64,000 bases of DNA. It comes from Tetramitus jugosus. Taxonomy: Eukaryota; Protista; Heterolobosea. The translations under genes were made by a program, and so were the position numbers. Of this stretch, positions 1 to 13,544 are shown piece after piece (position 1 is the first letter of the stretch; each line of letters opens with the position of its first letter). Location of the stretch: the NCBI GenBank assembly GCA_937625935.1, contig OW569394.1, positions 62,001-126,000 on the forward strand, given 5' to 3'. The notes under the pieces are model-generated. The model made no database searches. It was not told the origin of the DNA and worked only from the letters and a program-made list of their open reading frames with translations.

Positions 1-1712
1 GCACCATAGAGAAGTCCTTCATCCTTTGCATCGCAAGTCAGACCTGAATACCCTTGATCACACAAGCAAGTATCAATAGTCAAGCATTGCCCGTGACCAG
101 AACATGTGGTTGGATTGGATGATTCTATTCCATAGCAGAAAGGCAAACTGCAATCACTACCCGTAAATCCGTCATTGCAGGAACAGATATCATTACCAGT
201 ACAGTTTCCGTGACCAGAACACACGAGAGGATCAGACATGAAAATTGCAAAGCAAATGATCGAATCAACAAGATACAGATTATGATTAAAACCGACTCCT
301 GTTTGCGTAATAGTACCCCAAACAACGGGAGATGTAATATTTTGCATCACAGTGTGAGTTCCTGTGACACCAATGCCAAACTGGCCTGTAAGATCTTGTC
401 CCCAACCCCAAACTTGGTTGTTTTGTTCAACCACCTGAACACTCTCTGCCAAAAAACTAGAATAGATAGTCTGGATCACCTTTCCTGTAGCTATTGTCGC
501 TTCGACAGGAACCATAGAAAGAGAGGAAATTGCAGTATTTCCTAGCTGACCGAGTGTATTGTCGCCCCAAGACATAACAATACCACTTTTCAGAACGGCA
601 AATGAGGAGCTTTTTAAAGCTGCTATGGAAATAACCACATCACTTTGTGCGACAAAAAAAGGAACAGCGAACACCCCACCATCGCCGACACCCACCTGAC
701 CTCTGTCTGAAGTACCCCATGCGTAAACACAACCCTTACTATCCAAAACGATATTATGTTTCTCTCCTGGTGCAATGTCAATCCATCGTATGACCTCTCC
801 GTTCTCATCTGACTCGCTGATGCTTGTTGGTATTGGAACAGCCGAGCCAATTGCCTTACCATTACCAAGCTGACCATGCATATTAGCCCCCCAAACAAAC
901 ATTGTTTTAGAAGAAGTTATAGCAGCTGAATGATATTTTCCACATGCAACTTTGACAACCTTTTGGAATGCGGCTGGTCCAGCTACCTTAACGGGGACTA
1001 ATGAGTTTGCTGTGGTTAATAGGCGACCTAACCATCCTCCGGCATTTGGGTCCACTGTCGTGTCTATATTGGTTCCCCAAGAATACACATTGCCATCTGA
1101 ATCTGCAGCTAACCCATGATAAAAACAAGCTGCAATAGACACAATTCTCTTCCCTTGCAAATCACCTCTCAATATAGAGGGAATCCTTTCATAAGTCGAA
1201 GAAAAACCCAATCCCAATTGAGCATAATTGTTCTTTCCCCATGCAAAGACTTCGCCTTTAGTGTTGAGAGCCAAAGAGAACCTGTCACCTGCTGAAACAG
1301 CCTCCACATGCATCAAACCCAAGTAATCACCAACTCTAATTTTCGTCAAACTATTCGACTGTGGTGTTAAGTCTCCTAGCTGTAAAAACGAATTATCACC
1401 AGCTGAAAATACCAGACCTCGGGTTCTTTGAGCACAATCTGGAAGCTCATAGTTATCATGACAAAAGCAAGTATCATTTGCGATACAAATGCCACGAGAT
1501 GAACATACAGAAGCATCAGTAGCGTCGATACCAGAGCACAATGTAGCTGAACTCACTTCTGAAAGAATGAATAAGCACCATCTTCTAGTTCATCATACAT
1601 CAATCAAAATCAACATACCTTTTGTACCTCCCCACAATAAGAGAAGAAATAGCAACAACACAACCGTCCTTGCTGTTATGAGTTTCTCGCGTACCCCTTC
1701 TTTGGGCTTCAT
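1..1712 (-). CDS. Secreted/surface EGF-like + RCC1-repeat protein, 3' part outside the window (exon 1 1619-1712, intron 1559-1618)
   Basis: Manual translation of sampled segments, all in one frame down to base 1, which explains its absence from the ORF track. Signal peptide (MKPKE...VVLLLFLLLLW), GTATGT..TTTCAG intron, EGF motifs (CSGHGNCTGNDICSCNDGFTGSDC) and RCC1 motifs (DGNVYSWG, VMSWGDNTLGQLG). Confidence 0.85.
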
Positions 1713-2150
1713 TATTTGTAGTAGTATACAGATGACTTGATTGTGTTTTGTGCCCCAACAATCCGTTCGAAAGCAATAAGTCATTTTGAGATTACGTGAG
1801 CAGCTGTACGGTTGCTCCTCGTTGTTAGATAACACTATAAATGATTACACCGGCAGTTGGGTAAGCGGGTACTCCAGTACTACGACGTCTTTTTCCGAGT
1901 CTGTACAGAGTCGTCAATGGTATGCTTGCCGCACCAGTAATAGTAGTTCACTCAATCAAAATCGCTCCTTATACTGATATCCGACACCCGGTGAACATCC
2001 TATTTAGGATGTTCTCTGTGCAATCATGGCCGCTGGTATTTTTACAGTTACAATTACAGTCATGTCTTGTTGTGGAACAATCCAAAATACAGTTTGGAAG
2101 TGATAAGAAGAAGAAACACATAAATGATGTCAAAGCTCCTCGCTGTATTT

Positions 2151-5100
2151 CTAGAAGTCAAACAAATCGCTGGTGTCGACTTTTTTAGCTGCTGGTTTCT
2201 TGGTGGTTGTTGAGGTAGGCTTCTTGGTTGTTGTGGAGGCAAAAATGTCATCATCGTTTCCAAACAAACCTGTTGATTTCTTTGCTGTGGTTGTTGATTT
2301 CTTTGTTGGGGCTGGAGCAGACAACAAATCATCGATCGAAGTTGTACTCTTCTTTGCAGAAGCAGAGGATGATGATGCTTTCTTTGTTGTTGATGTTGTG
2401 CGAGTTGCCGTACCAAACAAGTCAGCATCAATGCTTGAAAGCTTCTTTGTTGTGGTAGTGGTCTTCTTGGTCTCAGCAGGCTTTGACAAGAGATCATCCA
2501 TAATATCCTTTGATTTTGTGCTTGTCTTCTTTGACGCAGCTGGCTTGCTTGTGGTGGTGAGAGATCCCATGACATCATCATCATCTTGGAAGAGAGCAGA
2601 GGCAGACTTCTTCTTCTGTTCAGCTTCTGCCTTCTTCTTTTGACTGAGTGAATTCTGCTTGGTTGGCTTGGTTGCCAACAAAAGATCATCATTAGTTGCT
2701 TTTTGCACAACTTCTTCCTTCTTTGGTTGTTCTTGGATTGTTGGCTGATCAGCAACAGCTGGTGTTGACACCTTGACAGGTTCTTGCACAGGGGTCTCAA
2801 TTGGCTCTGACTTTGGTGCCTCAACTACAACAGCAGTAGGTGTTGCGGTCTTCTTGTTTGACGAAACCAGCAGTGGTGATTCATTGTCGCTGTCAGAATC
2901 AGCAAAGAGAGCGTTCGCTTTAGGTGTTGTCGTAGCAGGAGTCGTAGAAGTCTTTGGCTGTGGTGACTGAGTAGGCACAATAGTTGCAGGTGTAGGTTTC
3001 TTCGTTGGCACAAAGTCAAAATCATCGTCATCATCACCAAAGAGAGAGCTCTTTGTTTGCTCGGATGCCTTTGGAGGAGATAAGACTGGTGTGACCGTAG
3101 CTGCGGCAACGACTGGTTTTGGTTGTTCAACAGCCTTTGTTGTCTCTACAGGCGGCAAAGAAGTAGTACTCACACTCTTCGATGAAGGCTTTCTCTTTGA
3201 TCTCTTTGGTCGACCAAGGGACATGTGAGTCAAAGTTTGACCACTTCCACCATCACGAGCATAGTTGGTAACTCCGTCCTTCTTCTTTGCTTCCTCATCA
3301 ACATCTTCGGCAATCTTCGATGATGGTTTGACAAAGGAAGCAGGCATTGGTGCACCAAACATACTGACACCACCAATAGGAATCTTGAGGCCAGATGATG
3401 CAGCGGTAGAAGCAGTGGCAACGGGAGTAACAGGTGTGATGGGTTGTGAAACAACTGGCTTGCCTTCTTCCTTCTTTGTCGACTTGATTGCAAGGAAATC
3501 ATCGTCGTCATCATCATCAAACAGCGAAGAGGTAATCTTCGGCTTAGACACAACAACAGGTTTTTCCTTTGGTTGTTCAACGACAACCTTCTGCTCTACC
3601 TTTTGTGCCTTGACTGGTTCGGGTTCCTCCTTTCTTACTGCCGGCTCTGTTGGAGCTTCAGAAACAACTTCTGGAGCAGAAGCTGCAGCTGCGCTGCTCT
3701 CACTTCTGATTCTGGATAGAGTCTTTGGAGGACCGCCACCGAGATTCATACTTAGACCCTTCATGATCGAAGCAGCAAAATCCTTCTTGCTTGGTGAAGC
3801 TTCCTCTGTTGTGTTGTTGGTCTTCTCAACGGTCTTTTCCTTTGGTTCCTCGGCCTTGATTTCGACCTTCTTTGGTTCTACTTTAGTTTCCACTTTGGTC
3901 TCTTCTACCTTTGTAGTCTTCGTGATAGGCTCTTCTGATTGTTCTTCGTCCCACAGAGCCATCGTTTTGGCTGCCTGGTGCTTCATTGAGCTTGCAGGGG
4001 TTGCCTTCTTTGGTACATTGTTGCCGACAAAGTTAAAGTCGTCGTCCTCATCTTCCTGGAACAGAGAGCTAGTGGCTTTCTTTGCAGGTGCGACTGCAGG
4101 GCTCGATGATTTGGCTGATGATGTGGCTTGCGATGGAGCAGAAGACTTCTCAGCTGGCTTCTTAGGTGCAATGAAATCAATATCATCATCCTCATCGTCA
4201 TCGAAGCCAAACAGACCGCTCGAAACCTTCTTTGTTGCAGCAACAGGTTGCGGTGAAGCCTTGACTTCTTGAGCAGGCTTGGCTGGCTCTGAAGTCTTCT
4301 TGACGCTTGCAGACAAGAAATTATCTACATCGTCATCCTCATCTTCATCAAATCCAAAGAGACTACTCTTCTTGGTAGTAGAAGCAGCAGATGGTGCTGG
4401 AGCTTGGGACTTGACAGCAGTGGTTGTTTCTGCTGCTGCAGCAGGCTTCGTCTCCTTCTTTGGTTTACTGCTCAAGATGCTATCGAAATCATCATCGTCA
4501 TCATCTTCTCCGAATCCAAAGAGACTAGTCTTCTTTGCAGCTGCAGGTTTCTCTGCTGGTTTTTGGCTCGTTGTTTTTGGCTTGGAGAAATCCAGATCAT
4601 TGCCACCGCCAAACATACTATCTCCTTCGTCATCATCACCAAAGTCGAACGCAAAGCTTGATGTGCTTGCGGGTTTGGCGTGAGTTGATGGCTTCGCTGT
4701 TGTTGCCTTCTTTGCAGTTGCGTCAGAGGAACCAAAGAGGTTCGATGAAGAGCCAAATGCGTCTGCTTCACCACCAAACAAATCTCCCTCTTCCTCCTCT
4801 GCTCCAAACACTGACAATGATGCACTGGAAGCTTGTTGTTGTGGTTGCTTCTTTGGCTTGGAATCTCCACCAGTTGGTTTTTGGAATTTGTTGGCCATGG
4901 CCATTGCAAGTTGCGCACGAATGTCCAATGGTTGCTGTTCCTTGGCTTCTCCAGATGCTTCTTCATTCATGTTTGTTGTTGCATCACCACCTAGCACATC
5001 TTCTTCAAAGAGACCTCTGCCTGATGAGCTCTGATGTTGTTGAGCAGTTGGATCCACTGAACCAAACAATGAATTACTATTGTTGTTGCTGCTTGAGGAA

Positions 5101-6305
5101 GCCATAGCAGCACCACTACTGTTGCCACTCGAACCAAACAACCCTCCATCTTCGTCCTCTGAATCATCACCAGCACCATGATTACCAAACAAATTACTGG
5201 TTGAATCCAGTTTGAATGGTTGATGCTGAGAAGTTGATTGTTGACTCGCAAACAAACCGTCCATTGGTGGAGGTGGAGGCGGTGGAGGAGCACCACTACT
5301 GGATGAAAATGGACCTGGTGGAGGAGGTGGAGGTGGAGCACCACCACTGCTACTACCATACTGTTGTTGCTGATCATAGGCATCTTGTTGATGAGAAGAT
5401 GACACACCATCTGCATCAACATGTTCATCATCATCATCTGGATTGAGACCCACCATATCATCATCAAAAAATTCACTTGTTCCAATAATGAACGGCAATG
5501 TTCTCTCCTTTAAAAACGCAGTTTGTTCCTTGTAAATGACATCTAATTGAATCTTGTCCAATTCAGCCTTTTGTTTTTGCATTTGTTGAACTTGTTCTTG
5601 ATTCATGACATCGGCATCCAACTCTCCATCCATCAACAAATCACCATCACCACCACCACCACCACCACCATTCATATAATTTCCACTATTGTTGTGATAC
5701 ATGTCATGATCATCGTCCAATGGAACTGAACAACTCTCTAGCGCTTTGAGACCATATTTGATGGCTGTAGCAAAGTTGGCTGAAGCTTGTTCTTCACTTG
5801 ATAACTTACTACTAGTGTTACTAGTGTTATTGTTGTGATTGGATTGATTCTTGTTCATGTTTTCATTCCAATCTTCATCATAGATGCGATTTTCAACAAA
5901 TTGAGTGTTGGAAAGCATGATAAATTCGTTAAATGTGTTAAAGAGTTGAGCTTCGGATGATTTGGTCTCACTCACTAGGTCATCCACTTGCTCCTGTACT
6001 TCTTTCATTCGATTGAACATGCGATCGGAGAATCCTCTCAAAAACTCCAATAGCTATTTTTTTGGCGCCAAAAAAATACAGAAAAAATCAACATAAACGT
6101 CAATAAAAAACATTGAGAGTGTAGTGATAAGTAGGAGTATAAATATACTTACGCCTTCATCTGCATCAATGGTCCAATTTTCAACTGCTCTCAAACCAGG
6201 AAGAGTCTTCAAAGCTTCATAATCAACTCCTGTACCACCTCCAATAGTAGTATCGGTGTATAGGTCAGGATCCATCATACTCATGGTATCACCAGCGCCG
6301 TTCAT
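2151..6305 (-). CDS. WASHC2: WASH complex subunit 2 (FAM21); exon 1 6153-6305, intron 6054-6152
   Basis: N-terminal NWTIDADEG|LLEFL...FNTFNEFIMLSNTQFVENRIYDED motif, many LF-acidic repeats (SSLFGDDDDD) and a capping-protein-interaction motif LTHMSLGRPKRSKRKP. The GTAAGT..TAG intron restores the frame. Confidence 0.9.
6055..6078. promoter_or_regulatory. 24-bp perfect palindrome with E2F-type core TTTGGCGCCAAA
   Basis: TATTTTTTTGGCGCCAAAAAAATA inside the FAM21 intron; related copies at 13441, 15554 and 15584. Confidence 0.45.
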
Positions 6306-6758
6306 GTTTTTCTTTTCAATATGATTGTTTTTTTGTTTTTTTTTTGCAATTCCGGAGTTATGTTCCAATTTTTGCGTTTTGGAAGGTTGTTTCTCCGATG
6401 AACTCATTACCCCGGTTCCAAAGCGCAGTTTTGGGTTTTTACAATGTTCTGTCTCGTTGTTCCATTCGCACGAATAAGGTGTGCGCATGGAATCCCGAAG
6501 AGTTGACAAGTGCAATGACAGTATGAGGTGCAATCTCCTCTAAAGGTAAAAGCGTCTTGTACTGTGGGAAACATGACATGACACTGAGTTGCAAAATGAT
6601 ATGTGAAGGGATCTTTGAGTTCGAAGTGCTGCCCTCAAGTGCACATCAGATTCCACACAATAATAAAAGAGAAAAGAGGTTTTTTGGTGGTGCTGAAGAG
6701 CTCTCCTCCCCCTCAAAACCAAGTCATAACTTAAAACTCTACGCTATTCCATATTAGA

Positions 6759-7301
6759 ATGAACAAGTCTCTGCTCATCTTTTCAGTCTTTGCTTGCCTA
6801 GTTGCTGCCCTATGCTCGAGAACAGCTGCACAAACAGCGGTCCCAATCTATTGCATGAAATATGAACCGTCCAGTACTCCATTCTGTGGTGAAATCTTCT
6901 CAAACAACAGTTACACTGTTTACAGTATGTCGTACTCTCCTTCGGCTCAACTCTCCAATGACCAAGCTGCTGAGAGAGAATACAACAACAGACACAACAC
7001 GACCCTTGCTAGCGCAGAATGCAAAACGGCACTCAAGTCCATGCTCTGTTCATTTTATACCAACAAGTGCCAAGATAACTACTTCTTGATTGAGCCATGC
7101 CAAAGCGTTTGCACAAATGCCAAAGCTGTTTGTGATCCTGCAGTCTTCTTTGACTACGATGTGAACAATATTGGAAACTATTGTAACAAGATTACAACAT
7201 CACGATGCTTCGATGGAGAAAAGGTCGTTGGTGCTTCGAGCACAATGAATGCCAGTTTCACTCTGCTGGTTGTAGCTTTAATTGCTGCCATCATGTTTTA
7301 A
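6759..7301 (+). CDS. Secreted, probably GPI-anchored, Frizzled-CRD-like cysteine-rich protein
   Basis: Signal peptide; Cys pattern FC..ECKTALKSMLCSFYTNKC....EPCQSVCTNAKAVC; hydrophobic C-terminal tail; AATAAA just downstream. Confidence 0.7.
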   Translation: MNKSLLIFSVFACLVAALCSRTAAQTAVPIYCMKYEPSSTPFCGEIFSNNSYTVYSMSYSPSAQLSNDQAAEREYNNRHNTTLASAECKTALKSMLCSFYTNKCQDNYFLIEPCQSVCTNAKAVCDPAVFFDYDVNNIGNYCNKITTSRCFDGEKVVGASSTMNASFTLLVVALIAAIMF

Positions 7302-7539
7302 CACACCGACATTTGAAGGAGGTGAATAAAAAGAAAATTGCCCATATGTCAGACTGTGATGAGTGACAACTAGACTGCTCGAACAAACCCACCGAGGAAC
7401 TGTTGTTAACAACCACTTGGTCGCACTCCGATTGAGGAAAGTGCTTGGACGGCCATGACAACCCAGTCGTGTAAAATTCTCGAAACACCTCAGCTTCTCT
7501 ATCAGAAAAACTGTTCAATCTTGAGAAACTCACCTTTAC

Positions 7540-8030
7540 TGCTTGCCTCATTGTCTCTTTTTTCAAGATTGCCCAAAACAGCGAAGGAACCCGCTTGGTA
7601 CATAATATCCACCTAACACTCTATTCTGCAGTGAATATTTCAATGGAAACAGTTACTATTTACTCTGCTTCCTATCCTTCAGTTAGCTTTCTAAGATATC
7701 GGCTCAACTCTCCAATGACCAAACCACTGAAAGAGAGTACGAAATCAAGTACAACACAACGATGGCTACTACTGAATGCAAGAAAGCAATCAATGCCATG
7801 CTCTGCACCGATTACACCAGCAAGTGTCAAGACAACTACCACTTGATTGAAAATTGTTTGAGTACGCACAAAGGTCAAAAATGATCCGGCTGTCTTTTAT
7901 TTAGATGATAGCACCATTGAAAATTACTGTACCAATAGTACTTCATCACCTTGTTTCGATGGAACAAACGTGATACGATCTCCAGACATCATCCAGGTCA
8001 GTTTTACTCTGATTGTTGCCGTGATGTTTC
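7540..8030 (+). pseudogene. Degenerate tandem paralog of the CRD protein at 6759-7301
   Basis: Segment SAQLSNDQTTEREYEIKYNTTMATTECKKAINAMLCTDYTSKCQDNYHLIENC matches the upstream gene but is broken by frameshifts and a stop. Boundaries approximate. Confidence 0.8.
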
Positions 8031-8100
8031 AAGAGACAACCTGTAGAAACTGCTCTCGAGACTCGAATAAAAACCTCAATCCAAGATAACTTGAATTTCT

Positions 8101-10601
8101 TTATTTCTCGCCGAGTTCTAAGTTTTTACAAAAATGAGGTAGATCGTTCAAGCGATTACGGAGTTCTAACAAAGCCTTGTCATTCGGATAATCTCGAAGA
8201 AGTTCATCTACAAGGTTGGAAGCAAGAGTTGGGTTGTCATTCTCCAGAGCAATTCTCACTTGCTCGAACATACTTTCCTTTTGGAGACTTGATTCGCTCG
8301 CTTTTTCTCTTTCCATTTTCAATTCATATATATTTACTTTACAATTACATTCGTTAGTCAACAAACTAATCATGATTCAGAAGATTGAAAATACTTACGC
8401 GGTTCTGTTTTTCCCTTCACACATAAACAGGATAACCATCTGCACACATAAAAGTGAAAAACGGCATTTCTGGTTTTCGGTCCCAGGATAACTTGTGTTC
8501 CATAACGCGAGTTTAACGATATTAATCGACTTGCAACATTGACTGCGTCACCTAGTGCTGTGTAGTTAAACCTAGTCTTACTCCCAACATTACCCACAAG
8601 ACACTCATCAGAATTGATTCCTATCCGGATAGACACTGCGGGATAATGATCCGATAAATCTCGTAACTTGTGAATATTCATTTCATCAATTTTCTCTACA
8701 ATTTTCTGGGCCGTACGTACAGCTCGCAACTCATGATCATCCACTGTTAAAGGAGCATTAAACAAAAACATTACACACTCAGATATGTACTTGTCAACCA
8801 CTCCACCTTGATCAGACACTATTTGTGACAACTCGGTGAACATGGTCTGCAACACTTCAACTATCAAACTTGGATTCACAGTGCAATTGAAATTGAAGGT
8901 CATGTCAGCGAAACCAATGGACATTCTCCGTTTCACAACTCCTAGATGAACACTTGTGCTGTTTCGCACGAGAACCTTGACGACCTCAGATGGCACAAAC
9001 ACATCAAAACATCGAAGTCCATTCTTCAGTTGATTGAGAGAGTTAGACATGGTAGAAATCTCGAAGAATCCTAGTGACCGAATCTTGCGATCACTAGCTT
9101 GAAAATTCATTTGCTTAATGCTCGAAACCTCTCTCGACAAATGATACAATGGAACTGTGATGAGCACACTTACAATGAAGGCTACGACGATTGCCGCAAC
9201 CACTAAGCAGCATGTCACGATAATGGATGTCCTCGTGGCAGTGAACACTGAACTCAAAATGGTTTCCTCACTAAACACATTAATGAAATTCCAATTGAGA
9301 CCAAATGAATCTCTCAGTGCGAGCATGGTGGCAATTCTTACTGTACCGTGTGAGTCAGTAAATTGAATCTCAAGAAAGGTATCGTTTCTTAGTATCAACG
9401 GAACACCAAACTCCTTCTCCACTAGGACTGCCGTTTCGCGTATCACATAATCGGAACTGTTCTTGGCATTGAGAATAGCTGGTACGGTAGGATCAGTGGG
9501 GTCCTCCCCTGCCAAAGTACCCGTATCCGAAGCAATTAAATTCAACTGTTCATCAACAATGAAAACTCTGGATGTGTCAAAACTGGGTAACGTTTTCAAG
9601 TAGTTGGAAATTGAGATGACGTTGAGCGAACCGCCAAGCACGCCCAGAAACTCTCCTGTGTCAAAGTGAAAAAAGGGAGATGCTACTGCTACGGCCAAAA
9701 TCTGAGGTATTGTTCTTGTGAGGAGAAGCGGGCTCCATCGAGTTTCCTTCGACTCCTTCACAGGCACATACCACGGCCGCACTGTAGGATAATAATTATA
9801 CATGGTAGTGAATGCCTTTGGTGCAATATCAACAGCATCATTCATCCTGTAATGAATTAAAGCCCCATTTCCTTCCGCTCTCTGAAAGGAAAATTGTTTG
9901 AAAGTTGTTGGTAATGACGTTTGAGTCGTATTGAAAGGAATCGCCTTTGAAAGTCCTGTAAAAAAATTCTCCTCAGTTCCAAACCAAAATGCCGACAAAA
10001 TTGAGAATTCCAGTTGACTCAACATGAGTGAGAGAACGGTAAACCGACTTTTTGGAATGAGGGGATTACTGGCATTGAGACCCACTCGATCCGCCCATTG
10101 AATCTCCTCCACCAAGGAACGAACGAGTTCAGTTGCACGTTCTGTGTAAGTCTTCACTGAGTCGTATACAGTCAACAGTAAGAGTTCTCTGTCCTGTTTG
10201 GCCAAATCGTTCACCCCGGATCGCATTTTAAAATGATTGAACAACCACAAGGCGATACTAACGACAACTAAACTCGTTAGAATCAACAAGAGAAAAATGA
10301 CACTAAAGCTCCAAGTGAGTCTCAACACACGAACACACACATTGTGGCTCTTTGTGCTCGTTCTTTGTTGTTGACCGCTTTTGGACCGATAATGAGAAAA
10401 TATTCTTTTCCGTTTGGGCTCATCATTGGGTGTCCACGTTTCCATTGGAAGAGCAATGTTGTTTGTTGATTGTAAAGTCGGCGGCGGTTGACTGTTTCCT
10501 GTCACCGCCGCCGTTGTGTCAGCTGATACTGAATGGTTGTCGTTGTCCAGAGGTTCTGTGGTCGAGGAATGCCATGATCGCATAGTATGAAAAAGAGTCA
10601 T
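8101..10601 (-). CDS. Receptor-type class III adenylate/guanylate cyclase (TM - Cache-like - TM - HAMP-like - cyclase); intron 8337-8398
   Basis: YYPTVRPWY extracellular motif; VVDKYISECVM, IRIGIN, VGNVGSKTRFNYTALGDAVNVASRL and VKGK cyclase motifs. The GTAAGT..AAAG intron joins KTEP to LNIYEL. Confidence 0.9.
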
Positions 10602-11065
10602 TGAGAATGATCAGAAAAGGTGAGAAAAGTCATCGACCAAAATTTTGATTGAGAATTGATTGGTCGTGCGAAGATCGAAGAAACTTCGTTCACATAAAAA
10701 AAGAAGAAGGAAACCAGATGGCCAGTACGTTGGGGTTTAGTTTTTTTTGGGCCAAATGTCGTATTTAGACAACAAAACTCCTGAAGACAAGATAACACGT
10801 TGTAAACTGGACAAAGATTCGGTTCTTATTAGGAATTTCAAACAGGACGAACAACGAGTCTCCCTCCTCCCAACCGATCTCGTGTCCAATGGTACCTAAA
10901 CAATATCACCTTCTCGGCTGCAGCTAAGGACCACTCTTGTTGGCTCAATTCTCTCGCCAGATGTCGGAATTATCATTTTTCGATTGTTAATCTTTCTGTT
11001 GTTGGTTCAACAAACAACTTCAAGGAAACTCCGGCGAGATAGAACAAGCACAATAACTTGAATGA

Positions 11066-11512
11066 ATGACATACGAACAAGTCTACTTGATTATTGGTGA
11101 GAAACGAGCTCGACTAAACGTCGACAGCTCAGTCATTATGGATGGTCAAAGATTTACAACTCTCTTGGATTCTGTTCTTCATGTTCTCGGAAAAGGCATT
11201 TACCAAGAACATGATGTTCTCTATGAGTGGGGTGGCTTCACAGGAAGCATTTTCGGTTCAGACTTTTTAAACCTGATAGACCACAGGTTGGCAGGTCAGG
11301 TCTTGCTTACATTTATCGAACTATCAAAGAGAAGGTCTTGTCTGAGGATGAAATGGTGCCAAAGCAATTGGGATCACCTCTTCCTCACACCATGTGCCGA
11401 CAATTGCCACCAAGCAGATCTAGTCTTTTCAACTCATTGTGGTGGGTTCCTTGGGTACATAAAAGTTTCATTTGCTTGTTGCTGTTTACTTCACGAAAAT
11501 ATTAAGCACTGA
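11066..11512 (+). CDS. Hypothetical protein (may be non-functional)
   Basis: 148-aa ATG ORF filling an intergenic gap; no motif recognised. Confidence 0.3.
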   Translation: MTYEQVYLIIGEKRARLNVDSSVIMDGQRFTTLLDSVLHVLGKGIYQEHDVLYEWGGFTGSIFGSDFLNLIDHRLAGQVLLTFIELSKRRSCLRMKWCQSNWDHLFLTPCADNCHQADLVFSTHCGGFLGYIKVSFACCCLLHENIKH

Positions 11513-13281
11513 TTATTGACTTGCCCTTGTACAGTCGACAGCAGGAGTCTCAATCTTTCGAAGCAACTGGTCACAAATCTGCATCAGTTCTCTGTTTTCT
11601 TTCTCTTTGGCTTCGAGGTTCCCTCTGACACGTTCCAACTCTTTTTCCAACTCGATCACTCGGTCCTTGCTGTTCGAGATTGATGGTGACGCTTGATCAA
11701 TCGTCGTTTCTGTGCCCACATGCCTCAACTGAGACTGTAACTTGCCAATTTCAGAGTCCTTGTCATACAGCCGTGCCTTCAGCGATTGATTCTCCTCATA
11801 AAACTTGTGTAAGCTCTGTTGCAGTTCCTCATTCTTCTCCTTGAGTGTCCGCACTTCATCACTCGACCGATTCACTGTAGCGACCTGTGCCTTGGTAATG
11901 GACTCGAGCTCTGACTTTTTTTGTATAATCGTGCACAATTCCTCATCCAACAACTCATTCTTCTTCTCTAGCGTCTCACACTGCTTCTTCAACAGCTTCA
12001 TCTGATCAAGGACCGCACACAGGTCACTCTCTGCTCTTACTTTACTCTCTGTGAGTTCAGCAATCCTTCGATCCTTCTCCAACGCATTCCTCAGCAACTG
12101 TTGCTTCTGCTGTCCCCACTGTGTCATCAATTTCTCCGATTTTTCCCGCTCCGACTCTACCTGACTACTGAGCGTTTGAACCTTGAGTTTCAACTGGTTC
12201 TCCGACAATGTCAACTGCTGCACGCAACTCGTTTGTTCCACATGCTTGGATTGCATTGCTTGATGTGCCGTTTCCAACTTTGACAAATCAATGAGTGCCT
12301 GCGTGTACTGTACTTTGAGTGTTTGATAGTGATTGGTTGTTTGTTCGTCCATGGCCAACACACTCTCCAGTTCGAGCTTGTACCGCTTCACCGTACTCTC
12401 AAGAGATTGCCTCTCGCGTCTTTCCTCTGCCAACAATTGTTCAAGTGTGTCAATTTCTGTAATGACAATTTCTAGTTCTTTGGAACTTTGAGTCATGCCT
12501 TCTTGTCTTGCTTTGATCAAATCTTCTTCACTATACATGTATTTACGATTGTTATTATTATTGTTATTATTGTTATTATTGTCATGTTGTTGTTTGGAAC
12601 ATGGTGATGATGAGGGTGATAATAATGGTTGTGGTGTTGTTGTTGTTGTGTTCATGGTCGTTGTATTGTCCAATTTTTTCTCGTCATTTTTGTCATTGTT
12701 GAGAGAAGTAGTAGTAGTAGTGGTAGGTAGAGTATGATCATGATTCACTTTGGGTAATTCTTCCATTTTACTATCAAATAATAATAATAATTGTTGTTGT
12801 TGTTGTTGAGTGGTTTCAAATGAGGGATAAGGTGAAATGATCATATCAGCAGCTGCTGTAGTAATCATCATGTCTTCATCTTCTTCACATGATGATGATG
12901 ATGATGATAGTGATGATATTGATGTTGTTGTTGTTTCTTCTTCTTCTTCTTGTTCTTCTGCAATTGTTGTTATTGATGATGATGGTTCTTCTTGTTGACA
13001 AAATTCATGTTCACTTTCAAGGTTGTTGTTGTTGTTGTTGTCATTGATATCAGTAGTGGAAGAAGTGGTGGTAGTTGTTGAACTTGTTGTGTCAATATCA
13101 CTAATGTTGTTATCGTTGGTGAATGTTGTTGTGGAAATGTCTGTCACTTCTTTCTCTTGTTGTTCGACAGATGATGGTGATGAGGACTGCCAAGTGAGAA
13201 GGAAATTCAAAAAAAATGTTGGTTGTTAGTTAGCTTATGATTAGAAAAATGAGAAAGCTAAAGAAAACTGTTGCATACCAT
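11513..13281 (-). CDS. TACC-like coiled-coil protein; ATG 13279-13281, intron 13187-13278
   Basis: Low-complexity acidic N-terminus and a long coiled coil ending in KEKENRELMQICDQLL, the TACC C-terminal signature. ATG|GTATGC...CTAAC...GGCAG|TCC splice gives an in-frame start. Confidence 0.7.
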
Positions 13282-13440
13282 GTTGGGGATGATGGGACTG
13301 AGAGATGGAGTCAATTTGTTTGGAAGAGGTGGAGGAAGATGTTTGATGGTTTGATTATTGAATGTATTGTTCTCTCAAAATGTCAGCTGTTCTGTTCGCG
13401 CTGCAAAGGTGGGATTGGATAGATTTTTGTGTAGTTTTCA

Positions 13441-13453
13441 TTTTGGCGCCAAA
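13441..13453. promoter_or_regulatory. E2F-type palindromic site upstream of the TACC-like gene
   Basis: TTTTGGCGCCAAA about 160 nt upstream of the ATG at 13281. Confidence 0.4.
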
Positions 13454-13544
13454 GCACCAGGTGATCCGATTCTCAGGTTTGGTTTTTTTTTTGCTTTCGA
13501 CAGAAATGAGATCCATGAAAAATTGAGATGTTATTGTTTTGTAT

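Noticed and set aside
10905-10950. ATCACCTTCTCGGCTGCAGCTAAG resembles the 5' end of U2 snRNA
   Set aside because: No GTAGTA branch-recognition sequence and no recognisable downstream U2 structure.
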